Virus record (IMG/VR): IMGVR_UViG_3300032311_000675
Coordinates: 723 to 64,722 of that record
Length of the DNA stretch: 64,000 bases
DNA from: a virus
Taxonomy: Duplodnaviria; Caudoviricetes
Reading direction: 5' to 3' (one strand)
In this document: positions 45,889 through 55,030 of the stretch, one piece after another
Numbering within the stretch: position 1 is the stretch's first letter
Layout: each line of letters opens with the position of its first letter
Program-made: the position numbers and the translations under genes
Notes under the pieces: model-generated
Told to the model about the DNA's origin: nothing
Database searches by the model: none
The model's input: only the letters and a program-made list of their open reading frames with translations

Positions 45889-46205
45889 AAGACATGACAG
45901 AAGACACGAAACACGTTCCATCCATTGCCGAGATGGCTAGTGCGGCCGCCGAGATAACTTGGAGAATTATGAGCAATGGGTCGGCCAAGTCGGCGTTTGG
46001 AGAATGGCTACATAAGGATAAGCCCACCTACGACTACCATATTTGTAGGGCAATCAAACACGCTGTAACTGCCCAGCAACAGATCCACCTCAACGAACCC
46101 CAGCCCGACAATAATGGCGAGACAGCCATTGACCACCTTGAGAGAACTATCGTTCGTGGTCTCTTTGCTTGGTTTCAGCTCAAGAGGAAAATGCCTAGAC
46201 TATGA
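45879..46205 (+). CDS. Hypothetical protein
   Basis: ORF in the operon. Confidence 0.6.
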   Translation: MAMKDMTEDTKHVPSIAEMASAAAEITWRIMSNGSAKSAFGEWLHKDKPTYDYHICRAIKHAVTAQQQIHLNEPQPDNNGETAIDHLERTIVRGLFAWFQLKRKMPRL

Positions 46206-47260
46206 AGGTTTATATCTGGGGCTATCTGCATCAATGCGGTGGGGCGGGACCCGAAACAGGGCACGCCATCGAGCTATTCCGAGACAACGGAGTCGAGGTC
46301 ACTTGTGTTGTTCCACAGGGAACAGATGTCCTTTCAACCCACGAGCCTAGAAGGCGGTACTTGGATTCTCTAGGGGTAGCCACGGAAGCATATAGTCCTG
46401 GTATGTTCAACGACCAGAATGTCTGGTGCTGGTGTGAGGACAGCATTTTTGAGTATCTGGCTAGGCACGAAGAGACTCCTCGGCAAGTTGTGTACTGGCC
46501 CTGTATGAATGTTCTTCGGGACAAGGAGCTAGTAGGCATAGCCAAGACAAAGAATCTAAAGATACTTTGCCAGTCGAACTACCAGCTTGGGGAGCTTGCT
46601 AAACGCCTAAACGAAGTAGGGCTTTCTGCGGATCTCCAGCACGTTTTCCCCTTCTTCAACATTGATAGTAGATGGGGAAGGTTAAGGTTTTCCAATAAGT
46701 CCCTAGATACTCTCAATGTATTAAGAATTGGCAGGGACGATGAACCCTTCAAATACCCAAGGGATATGTGGGATCTGTTCTACAAGGTGACAGCTCCTGT
46801 CGGGGTCACAACAAGACTGAATGTCATTGGATGGGGCAGGGAGGGTGAGGCTCTCTTGGGTGATGTAGGTAAAGAAGGGCATCCATATCACGGCAGAATA
46901 AACGCCGAGCTTATACCTCATATCTACAGCCCATCGACTTTGGCTAACTACTTCCGAGACGCCCACGCTTTATTGATGTGGTATCCAGTACATGAAAATG
47001 CCCCCAGAGTCCTTTTTGAGGCAATTACCAGCGGAGCTGTTGTGGTAGGAGCATCCCACGGAGGCATCCCAGAGTTCGTTAGAGACCAAGAGACTGGCTT
47101 TCTGGTCTCAAGCAATGATGAGGCCTCTCACAGGCTTTCACAGCTTGCCTTTAATCCAAACAAAACAACTCGAATGGCTGAAAATGCCTACGACAATCTC
47201 AAGAAGGGGATTGGATGCCCGAAGTGTGCCTTTGCTAGGTTTAGTGCGGAGTTCCGATGA
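46202..47260 (+). CDS. GT-B (family 4-like) glycosyltransferase
   Basis: ENAPRVLFEAITSGAVVVG..HGGIPEFV.DQETGFLV. Confidence 0.85.
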   Translation: MKVYIWGYLHQCGGAGPETGHAIELFRDNGVEVTCVVPQGTDVLSTHEPRRRYLDSLGVATEAYSPGMFNDQNVWCWCEDSIFEYLARHEETPRQVVYWPCMNVLRDKELVGIAKTKNLKILCQSNYQLGELAKRLNEVGLSADLQHVFPFFNIDSRWGRLRFSNKSLDTLNVLRIGRDDEPFKYPRDMWDLFYKVTAPVGVTTRLNVIGWGREGEALLGDVGKEGHPYHGRINAELIPHIYSPSTLANYFRDAHALLMWYPVHENAPRVLFEAITSGAVVVGASHGGIPEFVRDQETGFLVSSNDEASHRLSQLAFNPNKTTRMAENAYDNLKKGIGCPKCAFARFSAEFR

Positions 47261-47523
47261 AAAGCGAGTGGGCTGTAGCCTTACAGAAACATTTAAGGGA
47301 GAAAGTTGAGCCACCTCCCGCTGGGTGGAAGTCGGTCAAGCAGATCTCCGAAGAGCTTGGCAAATCAGCTTGCCACACCAGCAAGGTAATCAAAAAGATG
47401 ATTAAGCTTGGTCTTGCCGAAACAAAGAGCTACCGATGCTTAATGTCTGAAAATGGTAAAAAAGCACCTTACGGCAGAATGATTCCGCACTACCGCCTGT
47501 TGCCAAAGGCTAAATCTCCTTAA
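47257..47523 (+). CDS. Winged-HTH-like protein
   Basis: PPAGWKSVKQISEELGKS. Confidence 0.6.
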   Translation: MKSEWAVALQKHLREKVEPPPAGWKSVKQISEELGKSACHTSKVIKKMIKLGLAETKSYRCLMSENGKKAPYGRMIPHYRLLPKAKSP

Positions 47524-48256
47524 AATCCATCGGCAAGATCCACTTCCCAGAGATCTGCCTAGCTTGGTAGACGGCAAAGCTACCATCATCAAAGATAAGT
47601 CCATACACCCAGCCATTCTCGTGATTCAGAGTACCAAGCATCGAGCGGTTGTATTCGTAGTCTAGCTGACATAAGCATCCAGCCACCCAGCCTTGTTTGG
47701 GAACAAGCCCCTCGACAGATACGGATTGGATGGTGTGGGTATGTCCCATGATGACATTCTCCCCATAAGACTGGAGGGTTTTGCGGAGGGCATAGACCCC
47801 AGCGGCATATCCGTGAAGGAAGCAAAGGCGACCCTCCCTGTGGATCCCAAGTCTTTTTGAGTAGGGGTAGGTTTTAATCCCAAGGGTCTTACATAGATCG
47901 TCCAGCTCTTGGACTCCTTTGATCGCCGCATCTCGCTTTAGTCCGTCTGATTCGCTTTCGGCCACATCCCATAGTCGCTGACAATGATTTCCACGAAGCC
48001 AGACCTTTGTGCCTTTGCCATCCATCCATTTACTCAAGAACTCGATCCCACAGGCTACGTCATCTGAAAGGCTTTCTGCCTGTTCTGCCTTGTCGGCCTT
48101 CTTCCTCAACCCACGAAAATCAAAGAGGTCTCCGCCCATTATTTTGATATCGGGCTTAAATGCCTCTGAAAATTGGAAGAACTTCTTTGTCACAGCTCTA
48201 TCTTGCATATCTCCGTGGAGGTCGAACCCAGCCATGAACTTTTGGTACTTTTTCAT
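47510..48256 (-). CDS. Calcineurin-like metallophosphoesterase
   Basis: DLH, GDLFD, GNH, HG, GHTH motifs. Confidence 0.85.
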   Translation of the reverse strand: MKKYQKFMAGFDLHGDMQDRAVTKKFFQFSEAFKPDIKIMGGDLFDFRGLRKKADKAEQAESLSDDVACGIEFLSKWMDGKGTKVWLRGNHCQRLWDVAESESDGLKRDAAIKGVQELDDLCKTLGIKTYPYSKRLGIHREGRLCFLHGYAAGVYALRKTLQSYGENVIMGHTHTIQSVSVEGLVPKQGWVAGCLCQLDYEYNRSMLGTLNHENGWVYGLIFDDGSFAVYQARQISGKWILPMDFKEI

Positions 48257-48447
48257 CGGTAGTAGTTGTCGTCCTTTTGAGGCTCAAAACGATCGTCGTA
48301 TCCGTCTCTATCTTTATCCTTAAAATCCCACGGAGTCCGAGTACCAGGACGCTTGCTCCACAGCCAACGAGAGAAGGGAGATCTGTCTTGTTCGGGCTTT
48401 CGCTCCACCCACAACTCAATCAACCCTTTGATGAACTGGGCTATCAT
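48253..48447 (-). CDS. Hypothetical protein
   Basis: Coupled ORF. Confidence 0.5.
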   Translation of the reverse strand: MIAQFIKGLIELWVERKPEQDRSPFSRWLWSKRPGTRTPWDFKDKDRDGYDDRFEPQKDDNYYR

Positions 48448-48935
48448 TTAAGCCAATCTCGGCACACGAGCGTTCGCATCGACCTTTTCCTTCGGTATAC
48501 GCCGTCACCCCCGCCAGCTCCCCGATCCCCAGCAGAGTTAGTATTGCCCTCGATTGTGGTGGCAAAGCCATTCTCGGTTCGCTCAATCAGTCCTGTATGG
48601 GCTATACGGCCAAGGGAACTAAAGTAGATCCCAAAGACGGAAGCAGGGGGTGAGTAGGAGACTCTCTTGCCACCAGCCACCCACGACGGACTCCAGCCTG
48701 TTTTTGGTACTAGGTTGCCATACCCAGCTTCACGGAAGACATAGTAGTTAAAAGCGGCACACCAAGGATTTCCTGGTTCAAGTCCAACCGATGACAGGAT
48801 AATATCTACCTCTGGGCCTGTATTTACTCCCCATTCCTTTACTCCAATCATCTTTCTGGCTTGGACAAGGATGCATCCTCGGTCATCAGCAAAAGACAGG
48901 AAGGGGATTAGGATTAACGCCAGCCAAGAAGGCAT
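48444..48935 (-). CDS. CHAP-domain endolysin with N-terminal signal/SAR-like segment
   Basis: PWCAAF, HTGLI, TIEGNT; MPSWLALILIPFLSFA N-terminus. Confidence 0.85.
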   Translation of the reverse strand: MPSWLALILIPFLSFADDRGCILVQARKMIGVKEWGVNTGPEVDIILSSVGLEPGNPWCAAFNYYVFREAGYGNLVPKTGWSPSWVAGGKRVSYSPPASVFGIYFSSLGRIAHTGLIERTENGFATTIEGNTNSAGDRGAGGGDGVYRRKRSMRTLVCRDWLK

Positions 48936-49264
48936 ACCACGGCTCCTATGAAAAGGACGCACCATAGGCAAAGCACAATGACGAGGCGGGTCGTTCTGCT
49001 GGTGGCTCTCCAGTCCTGTAGCCAGCTCAAGGTATCGATATACTCGTTGATCGAAGGCCACTCCATTTGCACAACAAACCACGCCAGCCATACCGCTAAT
49101 AGGTAGGCAGAAGCCCCAAGGATTAAACCATGCAGGGATCCTCGGTCATACGTCCCAGCCGATGGATCAAACTGCTGGATCAGCGGGGCGGCCGACCAAA
49201 ACACAATTATGGCTATACAAAACGACCCAAGACCTTGGAACTTGGAAAGGAACTTCTTCACCAA
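48914..49264 (-). CDS. Putative holin (3 TM)
   Basis: Three hydrophobic segments next to the endolysin. Confidence 0.6.
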   Translation of the reverse strand: MVKKFLSKFQGLGSFCIAIIVFWSAAPLIQQFDPSAGTYDRGSLHGLILGASAYLLAVWLAWFVVQMEWPSINEYIDTLSWLQDWRATSRTTRLVIVLCLWCVLFIGAVVCLLGWR

Positions 49265-49653
49265 GGGATCCCTACGAACTTTCTAGCCACAAACATAATA
49301 CCACCAAATATGACCCCTCTAAACATCCATAGCCCTAAAGCGATAAGCGCACCTCGATAGATCCAAAGCTCCTTCAAGGCCTTCCGCTGTTTATCCTTCC
49401 AGACCCCAGCGTTCTTAATGGCCTCGTTCTTCTCTTTGACGGCCTCGTCCAGATCCACGGAGGTCTGCTTACAGGCCTGTACGGCACTCTCTAGCTGTGC
49501 CTTGGCTACAACTAGGTGCTTCTTGGCCTCTGGGTTGGCGACAGCGATTGCCTCGTCGATACGAGCTTCCGCTACAGAAAAGTCAGCCGACTGCCGAGGT
49601 GTTGAACACCCGCAAAGCAATACAATTAAAAATGAGATTAAGTACATGTGCAT
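49258..49653 (-). CDS. Lipoprotein with C-terminal TM, unimolecular-spanin-like topology
   Basis: Lipobox-like LLCGC, helical middle, hydrophobic C-terminus. Confidence 0.6.
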   Translation of the reverse strand: MHMYLISFLIVLLCGCSTPRQSADFSVAEARIDEAIAVANPEAKKHLVVAKAQLESAVQACKQTSVDLDEAVKEKNEAIKNAGVWKDKQRKALKELWIYRGALIALGLWMFRGVIFGGIMFVARKFVGIPW

Positions 49654-50261
49654 GGTGTTACAGGAAGATTTGCGAGATTGAGCTGTCCTTGGCCTCCCCA
49701 AGTTCCCTCTTCCTCATCAAAAGTCCTAGAAGCTCGGTCATTTCCCTCTGCGTGTCTCTCAAGTTGCCTAGATTGACCTTTCTTTGTATCGGACTGCCAT
49801 TGCCCGCCCGATTGCTGTTTATTGTCACTCTCTTGAGAAGAGTCAACGGAACCCGCCTTGCCGTTCCGCTTGTCTCCCTCTTGGGTATTTTGAGATTCTT
49901 GACTGATTTCTTTAGTGAGTTCCGCTTGACCTTCTCTTGATGTTTCGTTGTTTTGAGACAAGTTTCCGCTGGATGTGCGAGAGATTGCCCTAGCAGATTC
50001 GATAGATGCGTTTAGGCTCTTCTGGGACTCCGAAGTAACCTCGGAAGAATTATCTGAATCGCTTGAGACAACATTTCTCGTGAGGCCTTGGTGAGCCGAT
50101 GTGACCATGATCTCGAAATCTATTTTTTCTGGCAGATCGACCATCACTCCATTTAAGGGGTTTGCCTGTGTTGCATTTCGCGAGTTGGCAATCCCTCTTC
50201 TTACTTCAAACAGGGAATCACGGATAAATGTATCGAGATCGGAAAGATCAACGATTGTCAT
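49638..50261 (-). CDS. Trypco2-like N-half plus S/E/Q/N-rich tract (paralog of 50953-51543)
   Basis: LDTFIRDSLFEVRRGIANSRNATQANPLNGVMVDLPEKIDFEI. Confidence 0.7.
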   Translation of the reverse strand: MTIVDLSDLDTFIRDSLFEVRRGIANSRNATQANPLNGVMVDLPEKIDFEIMVTSAHQGLTRNVVSSDSDNSSEVTSESQKSLNASIESARAISRTSSGNLSQNNETSREGQAELTKEISQESQNTQEGDKRNGKAGSVDSSQESDNKQQSGGQWQSDTKKGQSRQLERHAEGNDRASRTFDEEEGTWGGQGQLNLANLPVTPCTCT

Positions 50262-50509
50262 CTGTTCCTCCAGTTTATCGCCGCCTCAACAGCAAACCCC
50301 ACCAGCGACCCAACTGCGGATGCGGCCAAAATAAAGAACTTCTTAAACCCCTCAAGTGCCGAAACTCTATTGGCTAGATCGCCAAAGCTTGAGAAGCTCT
50401 TCTCCATAACCTCCTTCATTTCGGTGACATCCTTTGACATGGAAATCATGCGCTCTTCCATTCTTGCCATACGCTCCGACATAAACTCACGATGTTCGGA
50501 TCGGCTCAT
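50258..50509 (-). CDS. Coiled-coil plus C-terminal TM protein (XhlA-like)
   Basis: ERMARMEER...RVSALE...TM. Confidence 0.65.
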   Translation of the reverse strand: MSRSEHREFMSERMARMEERMISMSKDVTEMKEVMEKSFSSFGDLANRVSALEGFKKFFILAASAVGSLVGFAVEAAINWRNR

Positions 50510-50943
50510 GAGACATCTCCTGGGTATTGGACAACAATCGGCACGCTGAACCGAATGACACAACCGATATCGTCCTTTTGAGTTTCAATTCTGCTAGAGA
50601 TTCCAGAGCGACTCGTGCTGGAGGACTGGGATGAGCTAGTGGACGAAGATCCACTAGAGGACTGACTCGAGCTTGAGCTTCCAGAAGTCGAGGAGCTTGA
50701 GGAACTACTTCGGCTTGTCGAAGAACTTGAGCTATTCGAGCTAGATCGGCTACTGCTACTGCTGGAGGAGGAGGAACGACTACTGCTGGAGCTGTTCGAG
50801 GAGGATCGACTAGAGCTATTACTACTGGACGAACTAGAAGATCCGCTTGACGAATTGCTCGAAGACGAAGAATTCGACGAGGATACGCTCGCAGAATTGT
50901 TGGCAACGGATGTATTCTGTGTGTCTACTAATGAGTATCCCAT
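50506..50943 (-). CDS. Poly-serine protein ending in a Trypco2-like C-terminal strand
   Basis: SD AAGGAGG; mixed Ser codons; ends GCVIRFSVPIVVQYP. Confidence 0.7.
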   Translation of the reverse strand: MGYSLVDTQNTSVANNSASVSSSNSSSSSNSSSGSSSSSSSNSSSRSSSNSSSSSRSSSSSSSSSRSSSNSSSSSTSRSSSSSSSTSGSSSSSQSSSGSSSTSSSQSSSTSRSGISSRIETQKDDIGCVIRFSVPIVVQYPGDVS

Positions 50944-50952
50944 AAAGCCTCC

Positions 50953-51543
50953 TTAAATAGAAATCCCCTCAATCTTGCCTGTGTCCGAATCGAATTTGTC
51001 GTATAGTCTCTGGGCATCGTGTCTTTGGAATGTGCATCTGTTTTCAACCTCTCCGTCGCTACTTGCCCCATTGCCCTTACTTCCTTCTGTTGAGCCAGAC
51101 TGAGATTTTCCATTTTCTTTTTCGTTGCTGGTTTCGTCTTCTAAACCTTGAGCAGACTCTTGAGAACTTTGAGATCCGCCTTCATTGCCTACACCTATGC
51201 GGGATGTCTGTTCGGAGTCTTGACCACGAGTCTGCTCTTGGGAATTTGTCGACTCCAGATCACCAGAGACCTTGCTTGAAACAGACGATTCATTGGACGT
51301 GGTGACCCTTGACTCTCTTCCACCTTCGGTGGCCGTTGCCTCAACAAGCCTTTGATAAGAAGATGACTGGTGGGTTTTGAGGAGAGTCATCTCAAAATCA
51401 ATCTTTTCGGGGAGATCCACCATTACCCCTGTGTTTGGATTGGCCTGTGAAGCATTTCGAGACAACGCAATCCCTCTCCGCACCTTGAAAAGGATGTTCT
51501 CGATGACGCTGGCAGAAGAGGCGAGTGGTACGACAAGGGCCAT
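50953..51543 (-). CDS. Trypco2-like N-half plus S/E/Q/G-rich tract
   Basis: IENILFKVRRGIALSRNASQANPNTGVMVDLPEKIDFEM. Confidence 0.7.
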   Translation of the reverse strand: MALVVPLASSASVIENILFKVRRGIALSRNASQANPNTGVMVDLPEKIDFEMTLLKTHQSSSYQRLVEATATEGGRESRVTTSNESSVSSKVSGDLESTNSQEQTRGQDSEQTSRIGVGNEGGSQSSQESAQGLEDETSNEKENGKSQSGSTEGSKGNGASSDGEVENRCTFQRHDAQRLYDKFDSDTGKIEGISI

Positions 51544-51544
51544 A

Positions 51545-52414
51545 CTAGAACCCCACAGGAGTCATCATCTTGTTCATCGCACCGCTGATAGGCTCGTGGT
51601 ACGACTTCAAGAAGGCCAAGGACTCCGATGCCTTCTTTACGACAAGGTTTTTGTCTAGGTCTGGTTTGAGCAGGGAAGTTGTCGCCAGCTCCCCAACGAT
51701 AAGGGGAACTAAGAAGGCCTCAATATCAGAGCTGGGGGTGTAGATCCCAATAGGAATCTGTAGATCCGAGAGAACCAACTGCTGTGGCTCTAGCGAAGCC
51801 GAGAAGCGGATTGAGGAAGCCTTTGTAGGCAAGGGGATGACCCGAACTAAAGCCCTAGCCCCACCGCCAATAGTGTCTCCGAGGTATTCTGCCGTGTAGT
51901 AAGCGGGAAGCCCGCTCTGCCTATAATAAGTAAGGGTGTCTTGGCGTACTGGAGCTTCTGAAAGAAAGGTTAGGCGATGGTCTTCGTCCCAGATTACAGA
52001 CCCTTCGATGCGACGGATTGGTGCCCACAATGGGATCGCATCGTCATAAAGAAGGCCAGTATAGGTTCCAGAAGCCAAAGACCACGGATCACGAAGGGTA
52101 GATCCAATAGCAAGAGGACACTTGCGATCACCGACCTCAAGTGTATCCCCGATCCGTTCGGTATCAGAGGACAGGGTGAGGCCTGTCACATTCCTAGATC
52201 CTTGGGTCAGTCCAACCGACACGCTTACAGGGGCAAGCTGGAACGAGGTGACAGGAGTTGTCTTACGCCCAGAAGGGGCTGAAAAGTAGTATTTTGCAAA
52301 CCCAGCATTGATCGCACCAATTAGTGTAGAGGCTTGGTCTACTGGGATTGAAATTGGATCGTTCGGTAGGTTTGTGAACGAGATTACCCTTTGGGCGAGC
52401 TGTAATGATGTCAT
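51545..52414 (-). CDS. Putative head-tail adaptor / collar protein
   Basis: Position in the structural operon; GLPAYY...RVIPLP pattern shared with the upstream adaptor. Confidence 0.6.
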   Translation of the reverse strand: MTSLQLAQRVISFTNLPNDPISIPVDQASTLIGAINAGFAKYYFSAPSGRKTTPVTSFQLAPVSVSVGLTQGSRNVTGLTLSSDTERIGDTLEVGDRKCPLAIGSTLRDPWSLASGTYTGLLYDDAIPLWAPIRRIEGSVIWDEDHRLTFLSEAPVRQDTLTYYRQSGLPAYYTAEYLGDTIGGGARALVRVIPLPTKASSIRFSASLEPQQLVLSDLQIPIGIYTPSSDIEAFLVPLIVGELATTSLLKPDLDKNLVVKKASESLAFLKSYHEPISGAMNKMMTPVGF

Positions 52415-53088
52415 TTGGCCTCCTCCAGGGTTTTCAACGCCCTGTCATATTCGGCCTTTAACAAAGGCTCTCTCTGTTTGCTTTTATCGGCAAAAAACAA
52501 CGAACTGCTGGATAGGTAGCGGGCGATGGGCAACAGCAGGGTCTCTGCGTAGTTGTGAGGCATCGGGATAATTGTGGAGGCCGAATAATCGCTAGTTGTA
52601 AAGGCAGGGGCTTTAATCGAAACCTCCACGGACAGAGCTGTGCTTGTGGTGGGAGAAGGCACAACAAACATCGTGATCTGGGTGGAATCGGCGGCGTCTG
52701 GGGAAGGCCGTTTCTCGTCTGCAAAGTAGGCTTGGGGTGGCGCACCAGTAAGGGCAGTCAGACTGCCAGCATAAATGGAGGCAAATGAATCGTACTCGCC
52801 TCTTGTGCGGATCGGGCGAAGGCCTACGCCATCAGAAACACGTTTTACAGGGCCGAGAACCGCTTCAACCGAGTCATCGAGCGTGACGTTATTTGAGTTG
52901 GCTGAAATCGTCGCAGTAATCGTCTGGCGTGTGTAGTAATCCAAGAGCCGATGCCCCTTGGCCCAAATGAGTTGTAACGCCGAATTAAGGTCGTTGAATA
53001 TCCGCCTCCGCATGATTTCGGGGGCAGATGCGTTATTAGGGATGCCGAATACTTCATAAATTGCATCTATGGCTTGGGTGACGTTCAT
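52411..53088 (-). CDS. Putative head-tail adaptor
   Basis: LNSALQ...PQAYF...VVPSP...IPMPHNY..LL; follows the capsid gene. Confidence 0.7.
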   Translation of the reverse strand: MNVTQAIDAIYEVFGIPNNASAPEIMRRRIFNDLNSALQLIWAKGHRLLDYYTRQTITATISANSNNVTLDDSVEAVLGPVKRVSDGVGLRPIRTRGEYDSFASIYAGSLTALTGAPPQAYFADEKRPSPDAADSTQITMFVVPSPTTSTALSVEVSIKAPAFTTSDYSASTIIPMPHNYAETLLLPIARYLSSSSLFFADKSKQREPLLKAEYDRALKTLEEAK

Positions 53089-53375
53089 ACAGCCACCGCC
53101 TTGCGAGGCCTCCTAGGCTTTTCCAAAGGGGCAGGGGTTTCATCAATAACAGGCTCATCTTTAAGAATCTTAACTGATGGCCTATAGAAAGCATCTTTCG
53201 TAGCGAAAATATCATCCACCGATGAGGAATCCTCTTGGCTAATAACGCCTCGATTCCAGACATGGGTATTAAATTCGTTGTTCCAGATAAAAGTGTAGTA
53301 CCTACCAGAACCACCAGAGAGTCTGATGGCTGGGTTGTAGCGTGAAGAACCAGTAATTGTGATGACGAGATTCAT
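53085..53375 (-). CDS. Hypothetical protein
   Basis: Coupled ORF after the capsid terminator. Confidence 0.6.
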   Translation of the reverse strand: MNLVITITGSSRYNPAIRLSGGSGRYYTFIWNNEFNTHVWNRGVISQEDSSSVDDIFATKDAFYRPSVKILKDEPVIDETPAPLEKPRRPRKAVAV

Positions 53376-53416
53376 AAAAGGAAAGGCGGGGCCGAGGGTT
53401 TCCCCCCGACCCCGCT
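53376..53416 (-). terminator. Terminator after the capsid gene
   Basis: GCGGGGTCGGGGG-GAAA-CCCTCGGCCCCGC-CTTTCCTTTT. Confidence 0.8.
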
Positions 53417-53427
53417 CTCCAATAGAC

Positions 53428-54990
53428 TTAGACGTTGTCTACGGGCAACACCAAGCCTGCGTAACGAACAGCGTGGTTCAGTACGAGGTAGTTGGGTTGT
53501 TCGCCGTCAACACGGACATAGGGGCTTTGGCCGAATATGCTCGTGATGTAGGTCTTGCGAATGAACTCGCCATCGAACGTCTCTTCGGAACGCTCGCCGT
53601 CCAAGGATCCGTAGCCACGAACTGCGGCCATAGCTCCCAGAACCATCGTGCGACCAATCGGTACGCCCTGTGCGTTACACTCGATCACCAAATCACCGAC
53701 GGCGTGATCGTTAGTGATCTTGCTGTCAGCAAATGCGTTGGCGTTGAGGGTGACGCTTTCGGAGGCATCCCATCCAGTCGAGGCCGTGGCCTTTTTGACT
53801 GCAAGGGTGTTGCTTCCACCAATAGTATCGGTTGATTTAACCAATGCTTTGGTGATGTTCAGCGTGTTTCCGTTGTTGGTGGTGTATTTGTACAAGCCAT
53901 ACTTACCGCTCGACAGGATCAGAACGTATCCAGCCGTGTAGCTCGTCCCGCTGGCTGTGCCAGTAGGATTCGAGAAGTTGATTGCGGTTTCGGTCTGGTC
54001 GGAACCAGTCGGATAGCTGTACCCGCTGAAGAACTTGAAGTACTTCGGAGCGGTTTTGGCGGCGGCAGTAGCAGATCCACCACCCTTGAGGGTGAGGGCA
54101 GTCTTGCTGGCGGCCAAGATATCAGCAGAAGAGCTGACAGCGACGCCCAAGCTGGCTTTGGCGTTGATCGGAGATCCGATCGCACCGAAACCATCGTGGT
54201 CGGCAGGGTCAAACTGACGGATGACGTGACCATCGAGATCAACGTATCCACCAGTGAACTGCTTCGCACCTTCACCTTCAGCGGCGGCGGCGGCGTTCAA
54301 GGCGGCCAGATATTTCGATTCGCTCTTGAGGGAAAGCAAGCCTTCGCCTGTGGAAACGATAACGAACTTCTGGATCTTGTTCTTGCCAACCTGCCCGATG
54401 GTCGCAGGGCGAGCCCCACGAGTGCGGAGTTGCTGACCAGCGGCGATCAAGCCGTCGTAGGAGAGTGTATCGGTGTGCGTCAGCGCATCAATCGAGCCAC
54501 GTCCGTTAGCCTGGTAGTAGTTTTTCGCAGTACCTTTGTGGAGGAACAGCTTCTGGAGGCGTTCGGTTTTCATCCGTCCGAGCCAGTTGCCGAGCATCAC
54601 AGGCACATTGCTCTTCAATTCGCTGGCGAGAGCAGTTTTCTCCTCGAGCCGACGATTGTAAGAGACAGCGTGACGCAAGAAATCCACAGTCAGATTATAA
54701 GATCCGACTCGGAAGTCTTCCGTGTTGTCCTGGATGAGTGTTTCACCCTGCACGCCTTCGCCGTAGAGTTGAGCCATCGTGCGGAACGTGATTTTCGTCC
54801 CTGCACCTTTGCTCAAGTCCCGAACGGACATGACTGGGTAGCTTTCTGTGGGTCCCTCGAACTGCTGAAAGAAATTCTCAGCGGCCTCCGAGAGTTGAAC
54901 CCCTTTCTTCCAAAGTTCGGGAAGAAAATTGGAAGCTTGCGACGAGATATCGCTCGTCGCGTTGTTTGTAGGAATTAAAAGGTTAGCCAT
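53428..54990 (-). CDS. Major capsid protein (N4-gp56/DUF4043 type)
   Basis: DLSKGAGTKITF...GEGVQGE...RHAV; strong SD AGGAGG. Confidence 0.9.
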   Translation of the reverse strand: MANLLIPTNNATSDISSQASNFLPELWKKGVQLSEAAENFFQQFEGPTESYPVMSVRDLSKGAGTKITFRTMAQLYGEGVQGETLIQDNTEDFRVGSYNLTVDFLRHAVSYNRRLEEKTALASELKSNVPVMLGNWLGRMKTERLQKLFLHKGTAKNYYQANGRGSIDALTHTDTLSYDGLIAAGQQLRTRGARPATIGQVGKNKIQKFVIVSTGEGLLSLKSESKYLAALNAAAAAEGEGAKQFTGGYVDLDGHVIRQFDPADHDGFGAIGSPINAKASLGVAVSSSADILAASKTALTLKGGGSATAAAKTAPKYFKFFSGYSYPTGSDQTETAINFSNPTGTASGTSYTAGYVLILSSGKYGLYKYTTNNGNTLNITKALVKSTDTIGGSNTLAVKKATASTGWDASESVTLNANAFADSKITNDHAVGDLVIECNAQGVPIGRTMVLGAMAAVRGYGSLDGERSEETFDGEFIRKTYITSIFGQSPYVRVDGEQPNYLVLNHAVRYAGLVLPVDNV

Positions 54991-55030
54991 TTTAATATCC
55001 TCCTATTCTTTTGTGTTTGTAAGCCTCGCC

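Noticed and set aside
50487-50906. Alternative-frame ORF over the poly-Ser gene
   Set aside because: The Ser frame has a strong SD, mixed Ser codons and a domain-like C-terminus; this frame has none of these
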